Assembly: GCA_000004985.1 (NCBI GenBank)
Contig: GG738895.1
Origin: Naegleria gruberi
Lineage: Eukaryota
Length of the DNA: 64,000 nt
Direction: 5' to 3' (one strand)
Shown here: one piece after another, positions 41,666-53,113 of the stretch
Layout: each line of letters opens with the position of its first letter
How positions within the stretch are numbered: the first letter of the stretch is position 1
The notes under the pieces: model-generated
What the model was told of the DNA's origin: nothing
What the model saw: the letters and a program-made list of their open reading frames with translations, nothing else
Database searches by the model: none
Position numbers and translations under genes: made by a program

Positions 41666-43233
41666 TTATTTTCTGTTTCGCAAAATTCTTGAGGCTTTTG
41701 GCATTTCTCTAAGATCTAATTGATTATTGATTGTATCTTGGAAAGAGGAATACTTTTCAAGAATTAAAGAAATGAATTTGGTAATGTTTGATTCATCAGA
41801 TTCAGAACACTTTTGTGCAATATCAATAATTGTAACAGCTGTATGCTTCTTACATTTCTCTGACATGTCTATGAAATCCAAGAATATTTGGAGAATATCT
41901 GACTTGACAGTAGCACTCAAATGAGAGTCATTATAGAGAGCATATAATGCCTTCAAGTTTTGTTGTTCCTTAGAAAGGAGTTCAATCATGCATGATTCAT
42001 TAATAAATGTTAAAATACAACTGACTGCTCTAGTAATCACTGGTAAAGTTCTATTGGATTCTGAGGCTTGCAATCCTTCATAAACAATTGATTCAATTAT
42101 TGCAGACAAAAAGTAAATATCAGCACCTTCGTTTGAATTAAGTGAATAATCTGGATTACCAGTCAAATAACGATAACATCTCATATATGGATGTTTGTAA
42201 AGATTATTGGCAGTAATTCTAAGATCTGGATCTGGTTCTACCATCTTTCTAATAAGATCCTTCAATGAAGAAAGTTTGATACGTTCAAACATTCCAGGAA
42301 TTTTGTCTCTTTCTCTCAAAACAGCTCTATAGAAAGCTTCATGTTGTTGTTGGCAAGTTAATTCAAAAACACACAAGCCCATACTATAAATATCACAACT
42401 GTAGGCATATGGTCTTTGAAGAGCAATTTCTGGAGCAACATAGAGTGGTGTTCCGCAAATTGTGTATGTTACAGCTCCCTTACTATTGAGCATTTTGGCA
42501 AGACCAAAATCACATAATCTCAATGTATCATCCTCTCCGAGAAGCATATTAGATGGCTATATTGTTATTATTATTATTGGGTGTGTAAATTATCATATTT
42601 ACATAATAGCAAACATACCTTAATATCTCTGTGAATAATACCTTCTTCATGACAATACATCAAAGCACTACAAAGTTGAGTGTACCACGAAAGAACTCTC
42701 CAAACATTAATATTAACATGTTGATCCTTTTCAATAATATCTCCAATAGTACCTTTTTGGCAGTATTCTGTTACTACACCAACACAACTCTTATCCATTT
42801 GATCTTTGAGAGGAAATTCCTCGATGAAAAGCATAATATTTGGATGTTTCAAGTTTTTAAGTATCTTAATTTCTCTATCGATAGCTTCTGCGGCTTCTCT
42901 ATCTGTAGTTTTTGGAAGCTCTAACACTTTCAATGCAAGATTATTGCTTCCCTTTTTAACAAGATAGACTTCACCATAACTACCCTTTCCGATTAAGTTC
43001 AAAATTTGATAGCCATGATATACACTATCTATCGATAACATTACACCCAAGTCCACAAATGGATCTCCAACCTTGGGACTTCTTTGTGGCTTTGTTATTG
43101 GTTGTTTTTGATTTGCTGTTGTTGTTGTTGTTGGAGCGCTATTATTTTGTGGACGTTCATAGGCATCATCATCTTCGTCTTCACGCAAGAGAAATTTAGT
43201 GATTGAATTTTCTGAACGGGAGGCATTACCCAT
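41666..43233 (-). CDS. Ser/Thr protein kinase (NEK/CAMK-like catalytic domain) with a long C-terminal regulatory region, two exons (42619-43233 and 41666-42556; 62-nt intron GTATGT...ATATAG)
   Basis: N-terminus MGNASRS. Kinase motifs GKGSYGEVYLVKK, ALKVL, HRDIK|PSNMLL (the intron splits HRDIK / PSN), DFGLAK, GTPLYVAPE. Intron boundaries are anchored on the ORF-track coordinates (my hand count in this stretch differs by 1 nt). Confidence 0.75.
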
Positions 43234-43746
43234 TTTCTTTGATGAATATGAATATTATTATTAATATAAAATTATTATAATTATCAATATTTGGAATTGA
43301 TGATGAATGTGTATTGATGATGAGAAAATATTTAATTATTCTCAGAATATTAATTCTCAGAGTACAAAATTGTTAAAATGTAATTTAACTCGTGTATTAT
43401 ATGTACAGCAGACTCTCTTTTTTACAATGTTATTTCCTTGTGTTTTCAAAAGACGATAACACGAAGAAGTGTTAGAAGGTTACAATAAAAGCGAAAATGC
43501 TAAAAATACAATGTTGAAAATTTTTTTGAGATTGATGATCATGATTTGTTGTGCTTTTTCAAATGTTCTCCATTCCGTGTGAATTTGATTTGTTTTGGAA
43601 GGCTGGAATGTGGGGTGGTCTTTGTCATCGTATTAAAATAAATTTCTTATTGGAAGGTAATGTGATGAGCTAGAGTTAGAATGGTTGTGTGGAATCTTGA
43701 AATATCTACCGTAGTTTTTTTTAATTCTCCAAAATATTTTATTGAT

Positions 43747-45986
43747 CTATTTCTTGACCTTAACGGAAGAACTTTGAGTGATGCTATCAAATGTTGGAAT
43801 GTTTCCTTGAAGACCAAACATTTGCAAAGGCAAACAACCCATATTTGCATCACTTGGAAGGTAAACAACTTGAGAAACACTCTTCATGGCTTGAATAACC
43901 ATGTCATGGTGTTTTGTCAAGAGAGCTTCTTGTTTACCAAATTCAGTGGAGCTCAAATATTCAGCTCTCTTCTTTTCAGCAAGGGCTTTAATTTCAATAG
44001 CTTTGGCTTCAGCTTCTGCTTCAATGGTGAGAGCTTCAGCTTTGGCTTTGGCAAGAGTCTTGATTTCAATAGCCTTGGTTTCAGCTAGAATGATAGTGGC
44101 ACTATTCTTGGCTTCAGTTTCAGTCTTTAATTTGAAAGCTTCGGCTGTAGCTTTGATAGAGTTGATGGAATTCAATCTTTCTTGACCAGCCAATTCAATT
44201 TCTCTTTGAGCCTCCAAGTTTGCAAGTTTAGTAGATGTTTCTGCGGTAATAATAGCTTGCTTGGAAATATTGTTGGCCAGCTCTTGATTCATAATTTGGA
44301 AGTCTTCAATACGAATATTATCAATCAAAATACCGTATTGCTTTTTGAATGAATCATGAATCTTGGAAAGAAATTCATCATGCAAGTTCTCAAAGAATTG
44401 AGGAGCAGAGGGAGGTCCATTTTCATTATGTGTTTGTTGTGTATCACCTTTGAGATCGCTTGCTGAAATAGTCTTGCTTTGAGCTAATTGATTCAATGCA
44501 GTGGATCTAACAATGGATTGGAGGGCAGCAATTGAGTTATCCTTGATAAGCTTAATTGTAGCACTTTCATTTCCGATAGTGAGCAAAGTTAACTTTGGAT
44601 CAGCAATTCTAAATGAAACAGCAGCTCTAATACCAACTTCAACAAAGTCACGGGTATCACATCTTAAGAATGGTTCCTTTGACTTGACATCTTCGATCAA
44701 TGGAATAGACATCAATTTAGTTGACATGTAGGACTCAAAAACTCTATCCAACTCATCAAAAACAAAGGTTCCAGGTCCAAGAATGTCCAGCTTACCTGCT
44801 TTGTAGGTTACACCAACTTCACCTTCATAGACAACAATACGCATTGTACTACCCAATACAATCAATTTGGTTTTGACAGGGACACATTTCTCAAAGTTAA
44901 AATCTATGCTATCAATTTCATAAACTCCTGGCTCTTGAATCAAGATTGGAGATTGTTTCCACCAACCTAATCCAATCTCACCAAGGTTAACTCTAAATCT
45001 TGTGATTGGTGGATGTGAAATCAAATTGTCAGTGGCAGATTTCAATCCAGAGAAGGTAACATTTTGATCATTGAATGTGTATAAACCTTCAGGCAAAAGA
45101 CATTGCTTGGTTCCAATAGAAGTAAGACCAATTTGACCCTTTCCTACTCTAATAATCTTAATGGTTTCATGTTGAATGAATGGTTCGTTCATTGCACACA
45201 ATCCAGAGTATGTGAACAAGGCAGAGTCAATGACATAATTACCAGGTGTCAAAAGCTTTGGAACGTTTGCTTCAATGACCTTAGCATAGTGACCTTGTGG
45301 AATTCTCAGAATGTTAATAGTTCCATGCTTGATATTTTCCTTATTCATTTCAATAGAACCACCATAATGGAATAATCTAGTATTTCTAACATGCAAGCCT
45401 TCAGCAAGAAGTAATGGTTTACCATTCAATGTAGCAAGTCCAAAATAACCTTTTTTAACTCTAATAATTTTAAGAGTTTCGTGTTCAATTTCATCACTAT
45501 TATAAATTTATAGTAAGAGAATGATAATTCAAATACTTACCTTGCAATATTATATGTAGTAGACCAGTGAGCACGAGGATTAATATTAAGATAACGACCT
45601 GGTCCAACAATTTCAACACAACCATTGTGCATAACCACTCTAATGTTACCTTGATCAATAACCTTATTACCAAGAGTTGATTTGATCACAGAAACACCCT
45701 TTTCATTAACCAAATTACAAATTTGATTAATAATCTCATCATTACTTGTTCCATTAACATTGGGTTTGACAAGTAAATTTTCCAATGATTCACAACCCAA
45801 CTCTAAACGGTTGGTAATTATGTTTCCATTTGCATGATCAAATTTGTATGGAGAAAGATCAATCTTTTCTCTGTACAAGCTTTTAGCAAGTTCATTCAAT
45901 GTTTCGTTTTTCGGATTTAGATTTACAATTGTTGCTTCTACGTTATTAACCAAATTATTATCACTGTTAGGAGAGTTTGGAATCAT
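43747..45986 (-). CDS. MVP: Major vault protein (MVP), two exons (45541-45986 and 43747-45496; 44-nt intron 45497-45540 GTAAGT...AATAG)
   Basis: Repeated MVP N-terminal repeat units (INILRIPQGHYAKVIEANVPKLLTPGNYVI; IKIIRVGKGQIGL...; ITRFRVNLGEIGL...; compare mammalian IRIPPYHYIHVLD...VEVGPKTYI). SPFH/band-7-like shoulder domain (DFVEVGIRAAVSFRIADPKLTLL). Long cap-helix coiled coil with EA-rich heptads (TIEAEAEAKAIEIKALAEKKRAEY). Exon 1 ends ...NIA with a GTAAGT donor (phase 2) and rejoins in frame. ATG at 45986. Confidence 0.75.
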
Positions 45987-46794
45987 CAAACAGGAGTGTA
46001 GGTGCTAACAAAGATGAGGCTTTTACGAGAGAGAAGGAAGGTGCTTTAGAGGCTTTTTGTTTTGATGAGCAAGATTGTTGGCTTGTCTCTTTATGGTATC
46101 GGATGGTACTGGCTTGGTAGAATGTTTAATAATAAAACTTTTGGTTCTATGAATGATCTTCTAATTGGGATTTACAATGTTGTGATGAATCAGTAAAGAG
46201 TGATTAAATGAACAATTTTGGTGATGGTAGTGGGAACTCGTAATTACATTTTTTTTAAAAAAATGTAATTTTAAAAGTAAAATTAGAATTTGCTATTATT
46301 AAGGAGACAAGCTCATTTAGAGTTTGTAGTAGATTCCTGATCAAATTGATTGATCAAAAATTAGTGGGGAAAGATTTTCTGACGATTGCTTGGTGCCATT
46401 TCTTGAAATATTGGAAAAACAAGAAAATGAATCTTTATGTTTGTACTCATCAACTCTCACGTTGGAGGAGGAGGATCTGAAATGGACTCTACAGCTGACG
46501 TCTTAATACTTATTATTAAACTTCAACTATTGGACAAGGAGTGACACAAAGGAACAATCACAAAAAATTGTTTTTATTTAAGGGAACAGGAGGTTCAATC
46601 CGAGGATCCTTAGCGGAATAATTAAGGAGTAGCAACAATTTCCACAACTTTCCGCTGCGCCTACTATAATTACAAGAATTAAAAAAACAACCTTAATAAA
46701 CCATTTATCAACTCAAAGAGAAACCGTTTGCATCAGAGGATGGAGGAAGGTCGTTTATTTTGTGCCAACTCTAAATGAGTGAGTATTCTTCAGA

Positions 46795-47796
46795 ATGTTT
46801 CTCGCTGTGATGATACTTCTCTCCATATCGATAGCCATTGAAGGAGACACTAGTGTTCACGATAATAAGGAAATTGTGTTCTATCCATTGAGAACCCATC
46901 AACAATTTGATATCCAGAATATTCCGACCTATTTTCTGGAATCTGCCTATTTTAAGGCCTATTTTGAACTCTATTATAGTGAGGATGATTTTGATTTAAT
47001 AGGAACTCATCAATTCCTTTCTGAACAAACACAAGTGAGTGAATATCCTTCCATTATTAAGAAAAACAAGCTGTTATTTCAATATGGTCTAACATGGGAT
47101 TTGACTAAGGCTCACATGAAACCAAACACTCAAAAGAATCAAACAGTTACTCTCAAATTCTATCCTCAATTCAAGTACAACATTGATCCTTACTCTGTTA
47201 GAGCCTTTTTGATAAAGCAAAGTGAAAATTTGGGAATTCAGACTCAATTCACTCCACTCTTTCCCGCTTCAGATGTTGAATCACCAACATTAGGTCCTTG
47301 GGAATGTACTTTATCTCTTCGAAATTATAACTTTGATTTGCCATTGCAATTGACAATATTTGCTTACTCAGCAGCGAGTATTGGTTATGTACCTGGAGAG
47401 GTTGTGCCAATTTACTATCCAAGGGGTGTTTCATTCTTCATGAAAGGTACATCAAATCTCAGATTAGATGTCATGTATGCTAATGCAACTGTGATAGATC
47501 CGTATGAAAGAGAGAGAGCTCCCACACTTAGTGTTAGTAGCTACAGAAAAACAGTTAACGCCCCAAGTGGTTATTTAGTGTTTACACAATTCTTTGTAAA
47601 GGAAGATTCGAATAATATCCTTGATATGGAAGAAACAAGATTATTTACCTTCAATTCAGCTCTATATGTTGGTAGTTTTACTATTGACCCCTTTTCTTTG
47701 AAGTGTGCATACGCAACCAAAGATTCAAACTTCCAAACTCTAGTTATTGATCCAACATCCTCTGTTACAATTGGCTGCCTATTCACTCACTTGTAA
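46795..47796 (+). CDS. First domain (with signal peptide) of a secreted/membrane protein built from three homologous 300-330-aa domains
   Basis: ATG at 46795, signal peptide MFLAVMILLSISIAIEG. Shares the conserved (D)PYS(V/L/Y)R.F motif and overall pattern with the 47747-48706 and 49342-50433 ORFs. Confidence 0.5.
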   Translation: MFLAVMILLSISIAIEGDTSVHDNKEIVFYPLRTHQQFDIQNIPTYFLESAYFKAYFELYYSEDDFDLIGTHQFLSEQTQVSEYPSIIKKNKLLFQYGLTWDLTKAHMKPNTQKNQTVTLKFYPQFKYNIDPYSVRAFLIKQSENLGIQTQFTPLFPASDVESPTLGPWECTLSLRNYNFDLPLQLTIFAYSAASIGYVPGEVVPIYYPRGVSFFMKGTSNLRLDVMYANATVIDPYERERAPTLSVSSYRKTVNAPSGYLVFTQFFVKEDSNNILDMEETRLFTFNSALYVGSFTIDPFSLKCAYATKDSNFQTLVIDPTSSVTIGCLFTHL

Positions 47797-48706
47797 TCAA
47801 GTAATACCAGATTCAGAATACGTTTTTGCACTTGTTGGTAGTGATGTGCCAAGAGATGAATGTCAGCTCTCTAGCTCATGTCCAATTCGTTCCTCCAGAA
47901 TTCAATCATATTCTGCATGGAAGATGCAATTACTTGTTTCCTTTGATAAAAACACCCAACTTCAAGGATCTATTTCAGTAAGCACTGGATCTTTAATAGA
48001 TTTCCCAGGCGCAACATTCTCTCCTACCAATCAGGGACCACTTACTCTTCTTGGTATTGTTTATTTCAATTTACAAAAAACAACCATCAAGAAACAACTA
48101 AATAATACAGACGAATTAAGGAATTCAATTATTGTAAGGGCTTTTACAAATCTAAGGGCACAACAAATGGAAGATGCCATGGTTCCTTATTCTCTTAGAT
48201 TATTCAAGTACAATTCGACCCAAAATTTGTTTGAATTAATTTCACAAGATGTTCCATTGGACTCTATTTCGAGTTTTTCTTTCGATTTGGAACAATTATT
48301 GGCCTCAAAAAGTCAGAAATTCACAATAGGATTGTGTACTTATAAGGGTACAAAAGGTGTAGTTGGAGATTTGGTTTATGCTCACTACCCGAGAATTGTT
48401 AATTTTTACCTTAACAACTTTGTAATCTTGTCAATTTACTTTAAAGCAGTTTTCACAACAGCAATCATGTACGAAAAGAGACCTTACTTTACAATTAATA
48501 ATTATGTTCCAAAAAATGTCAAGGGATTGAATGATTTTGTAATTTTACACAGTTTCATGCAACAAAATGGAAATGGATTGGAAACGATTGGATACGATGA
48601 TGGAAGAAAGTTTACCTTTCCAATAGATTCAATCTCAGGAGCATTTGTAGATACATCTGGTAGATCAGTAACTTTTAAATTTGAACATGTCAGATGTGTC
48701 TATTGA
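47747..48706 (+). CDS. Second homologous domain. Overlaps the end of domain 1 in the +1 frame (apparent frameshift) and has no start codon of its own.
   Basis: PYSLRLFKYNSTQNLFELISQDVPL aligns with PYSVRAFLIKQSENLGIQTQFTPL of domain 1. The frame opens only 6 nt before the domain 1 stop. No intron of plausible length explains the frame change. Confidence 0.4.
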   Translation: MIQHPLLQLAAYSLTCNQVIPDSEYVFALVGSDVPRDECQLSSSCPIRSSRIQSYSAWKMQLLVSFDKNTQLQGSISVSTGSLIDFPGATFSPTNQGPLTLLGIVYFNLQKTTIKKQLNNTDELRNSIIVRAFTNLRAQQMEDAMVPYSLRLFKYNSTQNLFELISQDVPLDSISSFSFDLEQLLASKSQKFTIGLCTYKGTKGVVGDLVYAHYPRIVNFYLNNFVILSIYFKAVFTTAIMYEKRPYFTINNYVPKNVKGLNDFVILHSFMQQNGNGLETIGYDDGRKFTFPIDSISGAFVDTSGRSVTFKFEHVRCVY

Positions 48707-49341
48707 GCCTTGTCCGAAAACGCTTTTTTTTCGAATTTTTGAAAAAGTAAACACTCACGCTTCTTTTTCGCTTTCTCTCATCACATTTTGTTTTTTGTGT
48801 GAGCGCTGAAACAAGAGGGATTCTTTTTTGTGCGAAAGCGATTTGGATATTCTTGCCAAAACAATGGCGAGTGTTTCTTCCTTTCAACTGCAAGAAGTAA
48901 AATATTTTTATGAGAAGAGAATTTCTTTCTGGTTGGTTTCGAAAGCACTTTCGAAATTAAAAAGTCTCCATCTTAAACAAACTAGTTTTCAACAACCACA
49001 ATAACACTGATCCTAAAACTTTAGGATTAAGTAGAAGGATGTATAGAGGTTACATCCATGGAATATTTCTTCTCTGGTCTCATTATCCATCAAGTATTAA
49101 TATGTTTTCGATTTAAAATTACAATAACAATTTTCGAATTCACCTTTCTTTAACTCATAAACAACAAACAGGCCATAAATAAATGTGAGAGCTTGTTTAA
49201 CCACTTTAACTTGTTTGCGTTTCATCGTGAACATGTCCACTCACACTTGTCATTTCGATTTAAAAATTACACAACAAAAGGAGAAAAGAATCCCGGCACA
49301 AGTTTTCGAGGAGCGAAAGAAGAAAAGGCTTTTGTGAACGT

Positions 49342-50433
49342 GTGCGTTTGTTTTCGATTTTCGGGCTTTCTCACATTTTCGAAAAAAAACAGGGTTTCGA
49401 CAAGGCTCATTTATTCAAAGAAACAAACTTTGAAAAATTGGAAATTAGTCAAGGTATCACTACGCTTGACAAAAACCAATTTGTAATTGATTGCTTTGAG
49501 GATGTAAGAGATGAAACTTTTGTTTTCATGTTAATTGCCAAACCATTTATTGGAATAGTTCAAAATAATACCGCATTTGGTAATGAATATCCTGTGACAA
49601 GCACGAACACTGATTCATTCACAAGCAATATTCTCCCTTCAGATTCAATCAAGATATCTTTCAATCCGAATGGTAAATCAACAGGTAGTTATGTTTTCAA
49701 ATCAGATAAGAGAAAATATTCAGATTATCAACTTCCAACACTTCAACAGCAGCCACTCTCATTACTTGGTATGTTTATTCTAAATGGGACGAACGTAAAG
49801 CTTGGTGCCAATTATTTGGATCGCCAAGTTGACATTGTTTATGAGAAGAAGACAATGGAAAGAAACTTTGATCCATATTCGTATAGATTCTTCTCTGTTG
49901 ATGATGAAAATCAAGAATTTAAGTTATTGAATTGTGAAGATGTTCCCTCTCAAGATGAATGGAAATATTCGATTGATTTGAGCAAACAACAAAATAGACA
50001 AGTTAAATTTGCAGTATTTGGATTTAATAATATAATTGGTGAAATGAATCGTGAATATTCTATTCATTACAATAGAATGCTAAAGTTTGCTCTCTCTGAT
50101 TTGAATAGTGGACTGGAAATTTCATTTTCATCTGAATTATTTCCACAAATCAATAATGGAGTGAAATTCATTTTGAAAGAGAAACAAGATGCAACTCAAT
50201 TTAATAATTTCATGAATGTGATGAGATTTACAATTGTTCAAACAGTTAGATCAGATATATTGAGTGAAAGAAAATTCCAATACAATAACAAATTGAGTGA
50301 TATGGAAGGAAATAAGATTTCAAATTTAACAAGATTACAATGTGTTTACATTACCAACTCAGGAATAATTTATGGAACAAGTTTAGTTACCATTGAATCA
50401 AATAATCAATATACTTTACATGTAATGAAATAA
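49342..50433 (+). CDS. Third homologous domain (PYSYRFFSVDDENQEF...). Probably an exon joined to domain 2 across a spacer of about 690 nt.
   Basis: No in-frame ATG at its 5' end. A CAG acceptor at about 49396-49398 would join in frame to a GT site at the end of domain 2 (…KFEH|GFDKAHLF…). Confidence 0.4.
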   Translation: MRLFSIFGLSHIFEKKQGFDKAHLFKETNFEKLEISQGITTLDKNQFVIDCFEDVRDETFVFMLIAKPFIGIVQNNTAFGNEYPVTSTNTDSFTSNILPSDSIKISFNPNGKSTGSYVFKSDKRKYSDYQLPTLQQQPLSLLGMFILNGTNVKLGANYLDRQVDIVYEKKTMERNFDPYSYRFFSVDDENQEFKLLNCEDVPSQDEWKYSIDLSKQQNRQVKFAVFGFNNIIGEMNREYSIHYNRMLKFALSDLNSGLEISFSSELFPQINNGVKFILKEKQDATQFNNFMNVMRFTIVQTVRSDILSERKFQYNNKLSDMEGNKISNLTRLQCVYITNSGIIYGTSLVTIESNNQYTLHVMK

Positions 50434-50439
50434 TATTAC

Positions 50440-50795
50440 ATGAAGAATATGATTTACAAATTGTTGAACCATCTCCAATCATTCCTCCTTCACCTCCTCA
50501 ACCAGAACACTCAATCAAACCAGATCACTCAATTAGTCCACAACCGAAACCACAACCATCACTTATTGATCCAAAACCACAAGAATCAATTAAATTGCAA
50601 CCTGTATCTTCTATAAAACCATCTCAAAGTTCAGGTATAACAAAGGATGATATTGGAAATGGATCAAAAAAAGATGAAGCAATACTCATTCTTGGTATTT
50701 GTCTTGCAATAATTACCTTATTAGCAATAGGTTCCTTACTTGTGGCCATTGTACAGTCAATGAGGTTGAAAGGCAAGTTTGCAGTCATCCTATAA
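50440..50795 (+). CDS. Probable terminal exon encoding a Pro-rich stalk, a single TM helix and a short basic tail (type I membrane anchor)
   Basis: An open frame without ATG encodes EPSPIIPPSPPQPEHSIKPDHSISPQPKPQPSLIDPKPQES...AILILGICLAIITLLAIGSLLVAIVQSMRLKGKF. Its frame differs from domain 3, so the connection is unresolved. Confidence 0.35.
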
Positions 50796-51049
50796 ATCAT
50801 CTAAAAATCAAGAAATGAAAGATCCAATGTTATGGAATATAAGTTGAATAAATTATATTAGTTGATAATGTCAATTCATCAACAGATTTTGTTTATCAAG
50901 ATTTTAAATGTTGAATTGAAAATTACAATGAAATATATTCACTATTAATAGTTGATAAATGGAGGTTCAAATAGTATTTGAAGATAATTCACAACCCAAT
51001 TTGTCCAAGTAATGGGATATGTTAGCAACACCGAAACTAGACGAAAAAA

Positions 51050-52699
51050 ATGTTAAAAAGTGGATTGTTACTTTTCACTTGTTTGTTTGTGGTTATCACT
51101 AGAGTTGAGCAAGTGTTAGCATCGACCAATGTTCAAATTGCCCACTCCCTGAACATTCCTTCAGTTTGGCAACAATTACCACTTTCCGATAATTTATCTG
51201 AAAGGGTTGTTTTAACATTTGCATTAAAAAATAGAAATGTTGAATGGTTGCAAAGAATATTCGAAAATGTGAATAATCCAATGCATAGAGATTATGAAAA
51301 ATACCTCACCATGAAACAAGTTTCCGATATAACTTCTCCTCAACAAACTAATCTCGTCATTGAATACTTGAACTCAATTCCTGACTGTTCTATATTGAAC
51401 ATTTCCAAACACGGCAATTTAATAACAGTGAAAATAAGTTTACAATCTGTAAATTTACATTTAAATGCCAAAATGAAACCATTCGTCCACAAGGAAACCA
51501 AAGAAATAATTTTCCGCTCCCTGAATGGTTTCTCTCTTCCATTGGAAATTAGTAAGATTGTGAAAACTGTTTTTGGAATTCATCATTTTCCACATGGAAA
51601 TGCAAAAAAGAAATTCACTGCTGCTCAATCTTCACATCCAATAACTCCGAAGGAAATTTGGAATAGATACAATGTCAGTTTACCAACAAGTATCAATGGA
51701 CAAAGTTCTCAGGCGATTGCTTCTCTTTTGGGACAGTTCTATAATTCAAATGATTTGAGTCAATTCCAACACATGTACAACTTGACACAAATGCAACCAA
51801 TTGTAAATGGAGATAATAATAATGGAAAACCAGGAATGGAAGCTTCTTTAGATATTCAATATATTATGGGAATTGCACAGGGAATTAATACTACAATTAA
51901 TAGTATTGCATCCAATAATATTGAAGATCCATTTGTGCAGTGGATTTCAGTAATTCAATCACAAGGAGATTCAAGTGCATGGATTCATTCAATTTCGTAT
52001 GGAGCTGTCGAGAAGGATATTCCAGCAGATGTAAAGGAAACTGTCGATCAGGAATTCCAAAAAATTGGATCAACAGGAAGAACTATATTTGTTAGTTCTG
52101 GAGATAATGGAGTCAGATGCAGTGATTATGGTGATAGATTTGAACCAGAATGGCCAACTAGTAGTCCTTTTGTTGTCTCTGTTGGAGCTACAGAATTTAA
52201 AATTAAGGGAGGAAAAATCTCAGAAATTGGAGCTGATTTCACGGGAGGTGGATTTTCAGATGCCTACAAAAGACCAAGTTATCAAGATGAAGCAGTTACT
52301 AATTATTTGAATCAAGAATCATTCCCAGATAGATCGTATTTCAATCAGAATGGTAGAATGTTTCCAGATATGACCTTAATTGGAAAAGGTTTTCAAGTAA
52401 TTCTTTCAGGAAAGGTTCAATCAGTTGATGGAACAAGTGCCAGTACACCAAGTGTAGCTGCTCTATTTTCTCTTCTCAATAATATTCGTTTCCTACAAAA
52501 TAAGAAACCAATCGGATTCCTTAATCCATGGCTCTATCAAATAGCTCCAAAAACACCAAATGCTTTCTATGATATCACAGAGGGTTATAATTCATTCGAT
52601 CCATGTCCTGGATTCTTTGCAACCAAATCATTTGATCCAGTGAGTGGTATTGGCGTACCAAACTTTGCAATTCTAAAGGATTTAATCTTGACAAAATAG
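51050..52699 (+). CDS. Sedolisin / tripeptidyl-peptidase I-like serine-carboxyl peptidase (family S53) with N-terminal propeptide and signal peptide
   Basis: Signal peptide MLKSGLLLFTCLFVVITRVEQVLA. Pro-kumamolisin-like activation domain, then catalytic domain with SGDNG and the catalytic Ser motif GTSASTPSVAALFSLLN. Intronless 549 aa. ATG at 51050. Confidence 0.75.
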   Translation: MLKSGLLLFTCLFVVITRVEQVLASTNVQIAHSLNIPSVWQQLPLSDNLSERVVLTFALKNRNVEWLQRIFENVNNPMHRDYEKYLTMKQVSDITSPQQTNLVIEYLNSIPDCSILNISKHGNLITVKISLQSVNLHLNAKMKPFVHKETKEIIFRSLNGFSLPLEISKIVKTVFGIHHFPHGNAKKKFTAAQSSHPITPKEIWNRYNVSLPTSINGQSSQAIASLLGQFYNSNDLSQFQHMYNLTQMQPIVNGDNNNGKPGMEASLDIQYIMGIAQGINTTINSIASNNIEDPFVQWISVIQSQGDSSAWIHSISYGAVEKDIPADVKETVDQEFQKIGSTGRTIFVSSGDNGVRCSDYGDRFEPEWPTSSPFVVSVGATEFKIKGGKISEIGADFTGGGFSDAYKRPSYQDEAVTNYLNQESFPDRSYFNQNGRMFPDMTLIGKGFQVILSGKVQSVDGTSASTPSVAALFSLLNNIRFLQNKKPIGFLNPWLYQIAPKTPNAFYDITEGYNSFDPCPGFFATKSFDPVSGIGVPNFAILKDLILTK

Positions 52700-53113
52700 A
52701 GAATTCCACTACTGTAGGGTCCTGAAGAAATAAAAAGAATTACACCAGCTCATCAACTGACATGGGAATTCCACATCAACACATTACCTGCAACATGCCC
52801 TAATATCTTTGGAAACATCCTCAGAAAATTGGAAGGGCTATGCATTAGGTCTGAATAATTTTGGTAGAAACCAACGTAATTCCAATAGATAGGTTGTATT
52901 TCCAAAGCAATAGCAACAATCTCTAAAAGAATGAATATTGAATTGTGGTTAAGAAAGTTTTAAATTTAATAACCAGCCAAGACCAAGTTTCAATCCTAGA
53001 AATGCTCTGTTCAAAAAAACCTCCATCATTTTAAGAACTAGGAATATGGCAAGATACTGAGAAAATATTTAGGTTTTGTATCAGTTTTTGGTTAGTCAAT
53101 AAACTGCATCCAT

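Noticed and set aside
2684-43233. N-myristoylation of the MG-starting proteins (MGNNQQP..., MGNASRS...)
   Set aside because: Only the 28321-29418 product (MGQQTS) fits the G-x-x-x-[S/T/A/G/C/N] consensus. The others have Q or R at the critical position, so myristoylation is not claimed for them.
47740-47800. Programmed +1 ribosomal frameshift between domain 1 and domain 2 of the triplicated gene
   Set aside because: No slippery or shifty site or stimulatory structure is evident, and the organism uses standard stops. An indel (pseudogene or sequencing error) or an unresolved gene model is more parsimonious. The P450 relic also shows a frameshift in an A4 run, which likewise looks like an indel.
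48940-48965. Heat-shock-element-like TTCGAAAGCACTTTCGAAATT
   Set aside because: Contains TTCGAA palindromes but not the alternating nGAAn/nTTCn pentamer phasing of a bona fide HSE; kept only as part of the motif-rich spacer finding.
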